This document shows positions 44,044 through 52,054 of a stretch of 64,000 nt of DNA, in pieces (positions within the stretch are counted from its first letter, which is position 1; each line of letters begins with the position of its first letter). The notes below the pieces were generated by a model. It made no database searches and was not told where the DNA came from. It worked only from the letters and a program-made list of their open reading frames with translations. A program made the translations under genes and the position numbers. The DNA comes from Mycobacteriales bacterium (GTDB lineage Bacteria; Actinomycetota; Actinomycetes; JAFAQI01). The stretch spans positions 9,209 to 73,208 of the forward strand of contig DASSKP010000034.1 in NCBI GenBank assembly GCA_035690365.1, in the 5' to 3' direction.

Positions 44044-45525
44044 ATGACCTCTGCGACCACGACCGCGAGTGAAACCGGCGTCCTGTTCCCTACGGTCGAC
44101 GGTCGGCGCAGCACGCAGACGACCGCGCGCGCCGTGTTCGCGGACGCCACCCGTGGTTGTGCGCCGGACGTCGCCCGGGCGATCGACGCGTCGGCGAAGT
44201 GGCGGCGTGACTATGTCGCGCGGCTCGTCGACATCGAAGCTGCCTCGGCCGTCAGTCCGAAGAACGCGTTGCTCGTCGCAGCCGACGGTCTGGCCGCACT
44301 TCACGAGCGCATGGTCTTTGCCCGCGACGGCAAGGAAGTGCCGGTCGGCCGGGCGATCGAGACGTGGCGGCAGCCCCGCTTCGAGACGGAGAGCATCACC
44401 GGGAGTGGCATCCACCCCGGTCGGCTGGCGATTCCTTACGCCGGCCACACCCTCACCGGTGACGAGCTGCAGCGGCAGCTCGACCGGTGGGTGGCCGACG
44501 GTGTCATCGAGCGGTCGTGCGCAGACGCGCTGCGGCTTGTCGCCGACAGCCCCGACTGGCTCGACGCCTCTGACCTGACCGTCGCGCTCGTCGGTGCTGC
44601 TGCCGAGATGGGACCGCTTCCCGCGCTGACCCGGTGGGGTGCCAACGTCCTCGCGGTCGACATCCGCCGAAGCGACATCTGGGACCGCATCCGCGGTTTC
44701 GCCTACGCCGGCAGCGGCACGGTCCATCTGCCGGTCGACACGACCAAGCGCGGGACAGTGGGTGCGGACCTGCTGACCGAGACACCTGAGATCCGTGCAT
44801 GGCTCGACGGCTTCGACGGCCCGCTCGTCATCGGCAACTACGCCTACGCCGACGGCGCCGCGTTCGTCCGAGTCGCCGCGGCTGCCGATGCGCTGGTCGA
44901 CGACCTGGTGAGCACCCGCCCGGGCACGGCGGTCGCCTACCTCGCCAGCCCGACCGACGTCTTCGCCGTCCCCGGTGCGCTCGTCGACGGCCACCACGTG
45001 CGCGGCAAGCGCGGCCAGCTCCTGCGGCTTCCACTGCGAGCGGCGAGCGCCGGTCGGCTGTTCACTCCCAACTACCGTCGCGTCGTCGAGGGAGAGGACG
45101 GTCAGCGCTTCGGCCTGGCCGACTCTGTGATCCCGCAGCAGGGACCCAACTACGCGCTGGCCAAGCGACTGCAGCGGTGGCGGGCCGTTGTCGCCCGGCA
45201 GTCAGTGGTCACTTCCGCCAACGTCGCGCCTGCGACACGCACGCGTTCGGTCATGAAGAACCGCATCCTCGCGGCGGCGTACAACGGGGCGAGCAGCTAC
45301 GGCGTCGAGGTGTTCGACGTCGAGACGAGCAGCACGATGATGGCGGCGCTGCTGATCCACGACCTGCGCAACCCGAAGGCCGCGGCAGCGCCGTCGACCC
45401 CGCTGGCGCATCCGCTCGACCTGTTCGTCGACCAGTCGGCGCACGGCGGTCTGTGGCGGCTGCCCTACGAGCCGCGGTCGGTGCTCACTCTCGCCGCGCT
45501 CGAGGGACTCGTCACCCGACGCTGA
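44044..45525 (+). CDS. hypothetical protein with atypical SDR/Rossmann-like motifs
   Basis: It starts 17 nt after the MFS gene. VALVGAAAEMG (beta-alpha-beta-like), IGNYAYA, and NYALAK (YxxxK). An N-terminal region of about 170 aa is unrecognised. GC3 is high. Confidence 0.75.
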   Translation: MTSATTTASETGVLFPTVDGRRSTQTTARAVFADATRGCAPDVARAIDASAKWRRDYVARLVDIEAASAVSPKNALLVAADGLAALHERMVFARDGKEVPVGRAIETWRQPRFETESITGSGIHPGRLAIPYAGHTLTGDELQRQLDRWVADGVIERSCADALRLVADSPDWLDASDLTVALVGAAAEMGPLPALTRWGANVLAVDIRRSDIWDRIRGFAYAGSGTVHLPVDTTKRGTVGADLLTETPEIRAWLDGFDGPLVIGNYAYADGAAFVRVAAAADALVDDLVSTRPGTAVAYLASPTDVFAVPGALVDGHHVRGKRGQLLRLPLRAASAGRLFTPNYRRVVEGEDGQRFGLADSVIPQQGPNYALAKRLQRWRAVVARQSVVTSANVAPATRTRSVMKNRILAAAYNGASSYGVEVFDVETSSTMMAALLIHDLRNPKAAAAPSTPLAHPLDLFVDQSAHGGLWRLPYEPRSVLTLAALEGLVTRR

Positions 45526-45632
45526 GCTCGGTGGGCAAGCCGGAGTGAGTCAGGTGCCGCACGCAGCGACGTCGCGGGAACGACCGCGACGCCCAGAGAA
45601 GGAAGTAGACCCTCACGTGGTGTGATCGCGAG

Positions 45633-46034
45633 ATGGCGAAGTTTGCGATTGACGCCGTGACGCTGCTTCATCTCGTGGACAACGATCTTGCGATCGATTC
45701 CGCTCACCAGCTGGTCGCGCCGAAGTCCATTCAGTCCGAGGCGATGCAGCTTCTTCTGGACGACGTACGCCGCGGAGAGCGGAGCGAGCACGACGCCCTG
45801 CAAGCGCATGAGCGGATCACGGAGCTGAAGATGCGGCTGCTCGGGGACCGCGTGTCGCGCCGGGTGGCGTGGAAACTCGCCCGGGACAACGACTGGGACT
45901 CGCTTCGCGAGGCGGAGTATCTCGCCGTCACCAAGCTCCAGGCCGATGCTCTGGTCACGGTGGACGAGCGGTTGGCGTCGACAGCGGCCGACCTGGTGCC
46001 CGTGGAGTCGCTGACGTCCCTTCTCAGGACGTAG
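45633..46034 (+). CDS. PIN-domain (VapC-like) protein
   Basis: The acidic residue pattern is D7, E36, E93/E95 and D111, with the signature EAEYLAVTKLQADALVTVDERL. No antitoxin-sized ORF lies upstream. Confidence 0.6.
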   Translation: MAKFAIDAVTLLHLVDNDLAIDSAHQLVAPKSIQSEAMQLLLDDVRRGERSEHDALQAHERITELKMRLLGDRVSRRVAWKLARDNDWDSLREAEYLAVTKLQADALVTVDERLASTAADLVPVESLTSLLRT

Positions 46035-46115
46035 CCGAGCCGTCAGCGGCGCCCGCCTGCGTCCATCGCTGATCCACCTGTTCCCTGCCAGTGCAGTTCT
46101 GTTCCCATGGACGAT

Positions 46116-46146
46116 GGGCCCCCCGACGGACGACGTCGAGGGGCCC
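46116..46146. terminator. hairpin GGGCCCC-N17-GGGGCCC between convergent genes
   Basis: Perfect 7-bp GC stem between the PIN gene end (46034) and the minus-strand gene end (46157). Confidence 0.35.
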
Positions 46147-46156
46147 GGCACTCTCG

Positions 46157-46534
46157 TCAGAGACCGCAGGCCTCGCTGGACAGAACGCCATGCATAGTCG
46201 ACAGGTCGCCCGTGAACTGGCGGTTCGGTGTGGCGCAGACAGCGCCTCCTGACTTCGTGTTCGCCAGTTGCGTGAGGCCGTCGCTCTGACCGTTGGTGAA
46301 GTTGTCAGGTGCTCCGAAGCCCCACACCGGCGGCGCGCCCGGCTCCAGGCTCGGGAGCCAGACCCAGCGCCCGACGAAGATCGGCCCCGGTGCGCATGTC
46401 GACGTTGACCAGCACGCCGGCGCCGGTCGACTGACGTTCGCGCAGTTGTCAGCGAACGCCGACCCCGCCGCGACTGCGACGATCGCTCCCGTCATTCCGA
46501 CGGTTACCACGGTGTTGCGAAGAATTGATCTCAC
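46157..46534 (-). CDS. small secreted Cys-containing protein, unknown function
   Basis: GAAGGGGG RBS before GTG 46534. Signal peptide MRSILRNTVVTVGMTGAIVAVAAGSAFA. There are five Cys in the mature part. Confidence 0.7.
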   Translation of the reverse strand: MRSILRNTVVTVGMTGAIVAVAAGSAFADNCANVSRPAPACWSTSTCAPGPIFVGRWVWLPSLEPGAPPVWGFGAPDNFTNGQSDGLTQLANTKSGGAVCATPNRQFTGDLSTMHGVLSSEACGL

Positions 46535-46612
46535 CCCGCGCCCCCTTCGCTACTGCGTGAGCCGGGCAGCCTCCACAGGGCTACCGACAGCGGCCCAGCA
46601 GCAAGGGAACCA

Positions 46613-46627
46613 TATCGCTCAGCGATA
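46613..46627. promoter_or_regulatory. 15-bp palindrome TATCGCT-C-AGCGATA
   Basis: Perfect 7-bp arms in a lower-GC intergenic region, about 80 nt upstream of the 46534 start. Confidence 0.3.
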
Positions 46628-46746
46628 CAACATGGATACACCGAAAATCGTCACGCTTTCTCAAGGTGTTAGCTCACTGGAGCCCCGGAGCCGCTGCTCG
46701 TTGGGGGACGTCCGGGTTACTGATAGCGGCCCTTACACAGCGCGGC

Positions 46747-47208
46747 TCAGGTCGGCCCGAGCAACGACCGGAAGCGCGCGTCCAGGTCGTCGACTGGAGG
46801 GTCGTCGACATCGGCGACCAAGAAGGCCACGAAGTGTGACCCGGGCGCAGTGTCGGCCGCGATCTCTCGCCATGACCACAAGTTCGGATGCGGCATGTGC
46901 GTCGCCGCCTCGGCTGGCTCCAAGAGCCGGATAGCCCGATGAAACTCGCCGCAGCTCACCCGCGCAGAGACAGTTGAGGCTGAGTAGCCGGCGACGGTCG
47001 CGAGCACAACCGCGGGTAAGGCTCTGACTTCTCCTGGCCTGTTGACATGACCGAAGACGAGACTCTCACCATCGACGCGCGCGACACCGTAGGCCGCAGG
47101 CATTCGGTAGCCGCGGATGGCGTTCGCGAACCGCTGGTGCGCTGCCGCGAGGTCAGCGTCAGTCGCCCACGCCTCGGACACGACGCGCACGATAGCGCCA
47201 GTTGTCAC
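46747..47208 (-). CDS. hypothetical protein
   Basis: 153 aa with high GC3 and no recognised motif. Confidence 0.6.
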   Translation of the reverse strand: MTTGAIVRVVSEAWATDADLAAAHQRFANAIRGYRMPAAYGVARVDGESLVFGHVNRPGEVRALPAVVLATVAGYSASTVSARVSCGEFHRAIRLLEPAEAATHMPHPNLWSWREIAADTAPGSHFVAFLVADVDDPPVDDLDARFRSLLGPT

Positions 47209-47427
47209 GCTCAGCAGCCGCCATTACACGGTCTCGTGTAACGGCACCAAGTCAGCGCGCAATTCAACCCTTCCGGGCACATGGCCCGCGCCGGGCATCG
47301 GCCTGCGACAGCGGTCCGGCTCCCGCAGCTGTCTCTGAGAAAGCGCGCCGTTGCCGCCGCCTCACGCCACGTGGTCGGATAGCGGTGTGGCCCCAAGAGG
47401 GCCGGTGCCGACGGAAGCGAGCGCAGT

Positions 47428-47673
47428 ATGGACGACCGCGAGATCCTGGCTGCTGTCCGCGCACTGGTCGACAAGGAGCATGCACTGCGCTCCCGCATGG
47501 AAGCCGGCGGTCTGGACGCTGCCGAGGAACAGCAGCAGCTGGCCGAGCTCGAGCATTCGCTCGATCAGTGCTGGGACCTGCTTCGGCAACGCCGCGCTCG
47601 CCATGACGCCGGACAGAACCCCGACGACGCTGCCGTGCGCGATGTGCGCACCGTCGAGGGCTATCGGCAGTAA
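47428..47673 (+). CDS. DUF2630 family protein
   Basis: LVDKEHALR...LAELEHSLDQCWDLLRQRRA...VEGY matches my memory of DUF2630. Confidence 0.75.
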   Translation: MDDREILAAVRALVDKEHALRSRMEAGGLDAAEEQQQLAELEHSLDQCWDLLRQRRARHDAGQNPDDAAVRDVRTVEGYRQ

Positions 47674-47693
47674 CCCGAGCAGAAGGAGCCGGC

Positions 47694-47927
47694 ATGGCGA
47701 CGGCGCATGAGGTGATGGCGGAAGTCGCGCGAGCTGGCCGCGAGCTGCGCGACGCGATACCGCAGGTGTTCGCCGCGCACGCCCGTCGAGTGGCTGGGCA
47801 CGGCGCTTCGACGCAAGAGGTGGCCGAGGCAATAGGTGTGGCCATCATGATGAATGGCGGCCCCGGCACCGTCTGGGGTCCCCGAGCGTTCGCCGCGGTC
47901 AAGGAGTACCAGCAGGACGCACCATGA
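47694..47927 (+). CDS. carboxymuconolactone decarboxylase (AhpD-like) family remnant lacking the CxxC core
   Basis: The N-terminal RELRDAIPQVF and the C-terminal HARRVAGHGASTQEVAEAIGVAIMMNGGPG match CMD proteins. About 35 residues between them, including the catalytic CxxC helix, are absent, and the frame is preserved. Confidence 0.6.
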   Translation: MATAHEVMAEVARAGRELRDAIPQVFAAHARRVAGHGASTQEVAEAIGVAIMMNGGPGTVWGPRAFAAVKEYQQDAP

Positions 47928-48421
47928 CGCGCAAGACCTACCGCGGCGACCAGATCGAGGTGAGCTTCGACTTCGCCCTCTGCATCCACGTCGGCGCCTG
48001 CCTCCTGGGGCTGCCAGAAGTGTTCGAGCTGGGGCGGAGGCCGTGGATTCTCCCCGACGAGGCCGAGCCCGGCACCGTGGCTGAGGTCGTCCATCGCTGC
48101 CCGAGTGGGGCGCTGCAGTACCGCCGGCTCGACGGCGCACCCGATGAGCAACCGCCGTCGCCAGCGACAGTGACGCCGCTGCGTGACGGGCCGCTGCTGG
48201 TGACCGGCGCGATCGAGGTCGCTTACGACGATGGCCGCATCGAACGGTTACCCCGCGCCACGCTGTGCCGCTGCGGGCTATCAAAGAACAAGCCGTTCTG
48301 CGACAACAGCCACCTCACGGGGAAGTTCAAGGCACCTGGCGGCCGCATTCGCATCTCACGGTCGCCGGTGCGGCCGCAGCCCGACACCCCGATCCCGCGC
48401 GAAGCTGACCCTCGCCGTTAG
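47924..48421 (+). CDS. CDGSH iron-sulfur domain protein with an N-terminal divergent 4Fe-4S mono-cluster-like region
   Basis: ATGA overlap with the upstream gene. CRCGLSKNKPFCDNSH is a CDGSH-type motif. The N-terminus has CIHVGAC...RCPSGAL. Confidence 0.8.
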   Translation: MTRKTYRGDQIEVSFDFALCIHVGACLLGLPEVFELGRRPWILPDEAEPGTVAEVVHRCPSGALQYRRLDGAPDEQPPSPATVTPLRDGPLLVTGAIEVAYDDGRIERLPRATLCRCGLSKNKPFCDNSHLTGKFKAPGGRIRISRSPVRPQPDTPIPREADPRR

Positions 48422-48571
48422 ACGCTCAGATCACTAGCGATCGTCCTCGTTGCGGCAGATGTGCGAATCTCGCCTGGCCCCAGGGCGGCCCGTGGTCGTC
48501 GTTCGTGGTGCGCCACTCGTCCAAGGACGCCCGGCAGGAGGAGGCGTGTCCGCCGCCGAAGCCTCCGTCCC

Positions 48572-50614
48572 ATGAGCCCGCGCAACTCCCGCCTTGCCGT
48601 CGCAGCAGGTACCGCTGCCGCCCTCGTGCTCGCGACCGCCGCGACCGCTGTGCCAGCAGCCCCGGGTTCGTCCCGCGCTGCAGCCGCGCGCCCGGCCCTC
48701 GCGGCGCCGCCGCCGAGCCTCGTCGGGTTCACGCCGGAGCTGCCGCAGAGCGTGGTCGCCGCGAGCAGTGCCGCCGGTAGTCGCTGGAAGCCGGAGCGGG
48801 CCGTCTACGGCACGGCGTCCCGCGACGACATCCCGGTCAAGGGCGCAGGCGGCACGGCGATCCGGGTCAACGAGATCTATCCGACGCTCGCGAACGGCAA
48901 GCCGGCTCCCGGGAAGTTCCCCGTCGTGATGACGATCACGCCCTACGGCAAGGGCCAGGGTGGGTCCAGCCAGCCGGGGTCGGCGCAGCAGCCCGCCGCC
49001 GGGACTCCTACCGGCGGTGCAAACAACTACCTCGTGCAGCGCGGCTACATCGACGTCGTCGTCGACGTCCGCGGCACCGGCGACTCCAACGGGCAATGGG
49101 GCCTGTTCGACCCGATCCAGCAGCGCGACTCGATCGCGGTGCTGAACTGGGCGGCTCACCTGCCGAACAGCACCGGCAAGGTCGGCACCTACGGGCCGTC
49201 GTACCTCGGCATCGACCAGATGCTGCTCGCCGGCGCCGTCGGACCGCACTCTCCGCTCAAGGCGATCTTCCCGGTCGTGCCGGGCAACGACCTCTACCGC
49301 GACACGGCCACGATGGGCGGGCTGATCGACGCCGAGTTCAGCGGGACGTACCTTGGGCTCACTGGCTCGCTCAACGTCGCGAACCCACTGCAGGACGCCG
49401 CCTCCGACCCTCAGCTGCTGGCGAGCCTCGCCGGTATCGAGGCCGACCACGCCAACGGGCTGGCGAACTACCACGCGGCGACACTCGCGCAGATCCTGAC
49501 CGGGGGCGTGGAGGCGTACGACGAGAGCTACTGGCAGGCGCGGTCCCCGCAGAACGTGATCCGCCGCATCGTCGCGAACCACATTCCGGCGTACCTCGTC
49601 GGAGGGGAGTTCGACATCTTCCAGCGCGGTGAGCCGATCGACTACGCCGAGCTGCAGAACGCGTGGGCGGGCCGCAGCGACACCGTGCCGATGCGCGCAG
49701 GGCAGCGGGTCACCGGCCGCTACCAGCTCATCGACGGGCCGTGGGAGCACCTCAACGGCTCGAGCGTCGACCTCGACCTGCTCGAGCTCGAGTGGTTCGA
49801 CACCTGGCTCAAGGGTGAGCACACCGGCATGGCCGAGACGCCGACGCCGCTGCACTACTACGACCTCGGCACCGGTGCCTTCGACGAGACCACGACCTAT
49901 CCCTTCGTCGGCGCGAAGCCGACCAGGTTCTACCTCGGCAGCGGCGGCGCGCTCGCGACGACGAGGCCAGGCACGGCGGGCACCGACACTCTCGCCTGGA
50001 GTCCCGTGGGCAGTCCCTGCGGCCGGCCGGTCGACCAGTGGGAGATGGGCGGCGACTCGATCCCGGCGCACACCCTGGGACTCCCGGCGCCGTGCGCGGA
50101 CGACGACCGGGCGTGGCAGACGCCGGGTGACACCGTCAGCTACACGACGGCGCCGTTCAGGGCACCGAGCACCCTTGCCGGTCCGATCGCGGCGACCGTC
50201 TACGCCAGCGCCATGACGTCCGAGACGGAGTGGGTCGCCGAGATCGAGGAGGTGGCGCCCGACGGAACGTCCTACCCGCTCACCTCCGGCGCGCTGCTCG
50301 GCTCGCTGCGCGCGGTCGACCGGCATCGGTCCTGGACCGCGCACGGGATGCCGGTTCTGCCCTACCACCCCTACACCCGAGCGTCACAGCGGCCGGTGCC
50401 GAGCGGGAAGGTGGTCGAGTACCAGATCGAGATCTACCCGACGCTCGCGACCATCGCAAGGGGCGACCGTCTGCGGCTGACGTTGTCCACGGCGGACACG
50501 CCGCATCTGACACCGTTGCCCGAGCAGCTGCCGCAACTCGCCGGCGGCATCTACACGATCGAGCATGCCCCGACGGCGCCGTCGTCACTCACCTTCGAGT
50601 TCCGACGACCGTAG
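48572..50614 (+). CDS. CocE/NonD family hydrolase (S15), secreted paralog
   Basis: ATG 48572 gives a signal-like N-terminus (MSPRNSRLAVAAGTAAALVLATAATAVPA). TITPYGK and YGPSYLG nucleophile region, plus a C-terminal jelly-roll (LRLTLSTADTPH). Confidence 0.85.
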   Translation: MSPRNSRLAVAAGTAAALVLATAATAVPAAPGSSRAAAARPALAAPPPSLVGFTPELPQSVVAASSAAGSRWKPERAVYGTASRDDIPVKGAGGTAIRVNEIYPTLANGKPAPGKFPVVMTITPYGKGQGGSSQPGSAQQPAAGTPTGGANNYLVQRGYIDVVVDVRGTGDSNGQWGLFDPIQQRDSIAVLNWAAHLPNSTGKVGTYGPSYLGIDQMLLAGAVGPHSPLKAIFPVVPGNDLYRDTATMGGLIDAEFSGTYLGLTGSLNVANPLQDAASDPQLLASLAGIEADHANGLANYHAATLAQILTGGVEAYDESYWQARSPQNVIRRIVANHIPAYLVGGEFDIFQRGEPIDYAELQNAWAGRSDTVPMRAGQRVTGRYQLIDGPWEHLNGSSVDLDLLELEWFDTWLKGEHTGMAETPTPLHYYDLGTGAFDETTTYPFVGAKPTRFYLGSGGALATTRPGTAGTDTLAWSPVGSPCGRPVDQWEMGGDSIPAHTLGLPAPCADDDRAWQTPGDTVSYTTAPFRAPSTLAGPIAATVYASAMTSETEWVAEIEEVAPDGTSYPLTSGALLGSLRAVDRHRSWTAHGMPVLPYHPYTRASQRPVPSGKVVEYQIEIYPTLATIARGDRLRLTLSTADTPHLTPLPEQLPQLAGGIYTIEHAPTAPSSLTFEFRRP

Positions 50615-50707
50615 CGGCTGATTCCGCCGGGATGGCGAAGCAGGTCGCCCATCGTTCGCGTCCCTGACGATTTTCGCACGGCCAAAGTCTCCCGCACCGA
50701 CTGCGGC

Positions 50708-50724
50708 AGAACGGCACCTATTCG
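50708..50724. repeat. 17-nt exact repeat AGAACGGCACCTATTCG, copy 1 (second copy at 51121-51137)
   Basis: The two copies are identical 17-mers. With flanks they match at 23 of 26 positions (GACTGnGnnAGAACGGCACCTATTCG). Copy 1 contains the stop codon of the 50718-50996 gene. Confidence 0.7.
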
Positions 50725-50996
50725 GCGTCTGCTGCCTGCTCGCTGACAGATCCCTCGCTGTTCGGCCGCGTCGGTGGGCAACTCTCGTGCACCCAAGTGC
50801 CGTCCGCCCGGCGGCGGATGAAGTCACGAGGGGTCAGCTCGGCGTCGCATCTCGCGCAGGCCTCGCCATCGGAGCGTGACCAGTGGTCATCGGCGTCGCC
50901 ACGGTCATTCCGCGCGAAGTCCGGCGCGCCATTTGCACCTTGGTCGCCGAAGCGGGCACCGCGGGCATTGAACCCGTAGTCCGACCCTTCCGTCAT
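50718..50996 (-). CDS. small hypothetical protein (92 aa) with CxxC...HxxC
   Basis: GC3 is about 70%. CARCDAEL...WVHESC suggests a zinc ribbon. The RBS is weak. Confidence 0.45.
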   Translation of the reverse strand: MTEGSDYGFNARGARFGDQGANGAPDFARNDRGDADDHWSRSDGEACARCDAELTPRDFIRRRADGTWVHESCPPTRPNSEGSVSEQAADAE

Positions 50997-51026
50997 GGCC
51001 TGACGGTAGGCAGGTGTAGCCGGGCG

Positions 51027-51046
51027 CGCAATGGCTTGCCATTGCG
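51027..51046. promoter_or_regulatory. 20-bp palindrome CGCAATGGC-TT-GCCATTGCG
   Basis: Perfect 9-bp arms with a 2-nt centre, 31-50 nt upstream of the 50996 start. The loop is too short for an RNA hairpin, so a dimeric-protein site is more likely. Confidence 0.45.
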
Positions 51047-51120
51047 GTACGCAGGCACCTCCGTGGAGCGGCCGGGGAACGGCGGAGCACGTCCTCAGGC
51101 CCGTTGGTACGGACTGAGCG

Positions 51121-51137
51121 AGAACGGCACCTATTCG
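51121..51137. repeat. 17-nt exact repeat AGAACGGCACCTATTCG, copy 2
   Basis: Identical to 50708-50724. It lies 10 nt beyond the stop of the 51147-51536 gene. Confidence 0.7.
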
Positions 51138-51146
51138 CGCGGTGGA

Positions 51147-51536
51147 CTACCTCTCGACGCACACGACCTGAGCCGCGACAGTCGCGCCAGCGGTAACGGT
51201 GACCGGCGCGTTCCCGATCGTCCTGCAGGGGTACGCGCCGCTGCCGTACAGCGGGCTGTGCCCAGTCAAGAGGTACTGCCCGGGTGGGACTGATCCGTCG
51301 AAGTGGCCGTCCGATCCGACCCGAACGAGACGCGACACCGGGCCTGCCAGTGTCACCGTGCCCGTTGTCGTCGTGGTGTGCATCGCTGAGATGAGAAGTA
51401 CACCGTTGATGTGGCCTTGGATGGCGGCAGGCGCGTGAGTGGGTCCAGGTCGCGACGACGAGGATGAGCCGGTGCAGCCCGCCACGGCCATCAGCAGAAT
51501 CACCAGCGGAACCCCCGTGCGCGTCACGCCCGTCAT
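51147..51536 (-). CDS. lipoprotein with a carboxypeptidase-regulatory-like beta-sandwich pattern
   Basis: Lipobox LLMAVAGC from ATG 51536. GSDGHFDGSVPPGQYLLTG resembles CarboxypepD_reg-type domains. Confidence 0.7.
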   Translation of the reverse strand: MTGVTRTGVPLVILLMAVAGCTGSSSSSRPGPTHAPAAIQGHINGVLLISAMHTTTTTGTVTLAGPVSRLVRVGSDGHFDGSVPPGQYLLTGHSPLYGSGAYPCRTIGNAPVTVTAGATVAAQVVCVER

Positions 51537-51574
51537 AGTGATCCGACGCGGACCCGCACGTAACGGTTCCGTGC

Positions 51575-51603
51575 TGACCTTGAGTGGTAGCGGCACCTAC
51601 ACT
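51575..51603 (+). promoter_or_regulatory. promoter candidate TGACCT-N17-TACACT for the 51633 gene
   Basis: The -10 matches TANNNT. A GGAAGGG RBS lies 5 nt before TTG 51633. The spacer and -10 overlap the CGGCACCTA motif (51591-51599). Confidence 0.35.
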
Positions 51604-51632
51604 GCGCGCAACCGGGGCGATCGGAAGGGCTG

Positions 51633-52013
51633 TTGTCAGAGATCTACGCCGCCTTCCGGAAAGCGGCGGCACATCACGATGTGGCTCGTGCGTCGAAGTA
51701 CTTGGCGGACGACGTCCGCCTGTTCGCGTCGCTCACGTCGAAGCCGTTCGAGGGCAAACAGGCCGTGCTGGCGGTCTTCACGATGCTCCTCGAGGTCATC
51801 GAAGACCTGACCTATGTCGCCGAGTACGACAGCCCTGGCGGCAAGGTGATCCTCACTCGCGGCAAGATCAACGGCCGGGAGGTCGATGGTGTTCAGGTAC
51901 TGACGCTGCGATCAGATGGGCTCATCTCCGAGTTTCGCGACTTCATCAGACCGTTCAGTGGCGCGGTAGCTCTGCGAGAGGCCGCGGAGCGGTATTTCCA
52001 ACGAACCCGATAG
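51633..52013 (+). CDS. SnoaL-like / NTF2-fold protein
   Basis: 126 aa. Patterns are ...AAAHHDVARASKYLADDVRLF... and ...VQVLTLRSDGLISEFRDF. Confidence 0.65.
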   Translation: MSEIYAAFRKAAAHHDVARASKYLADDVRLFASLTSKPFEGKQAVLAVFTMLLEVIEDLTYVAEYDSPGGKVILTRGKINGREVDGVQVLTLRSDGLISEFRDFIRPFSGAVALREAAERYFQRTR

Positions 52014-52054
52014 CGGCACCTAGAGAGCTCCCTGGCAGGTTTCGGCGATCGGCG

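Noticed and set aside
41832-44150. 772-aa minus-strand ORF, the longest in this area.
   Set aside because: It is antisense to the secreted-protein and MFS genes. The translation is Arg/Asp/Glu/Pro-rich with no motifs. The plus-strand frames carry clear signal-peptide and MFS motifs, making this a classic high-GC shadow ORF.
48434-50368. 644-aa minus-strand ORF opposite the second CocE/NonD gene.
   Set aside because: The translation is Arg/Gly/Pro-rich and motif-free. The plus strand encodes a recognisable S15 hydrolase.
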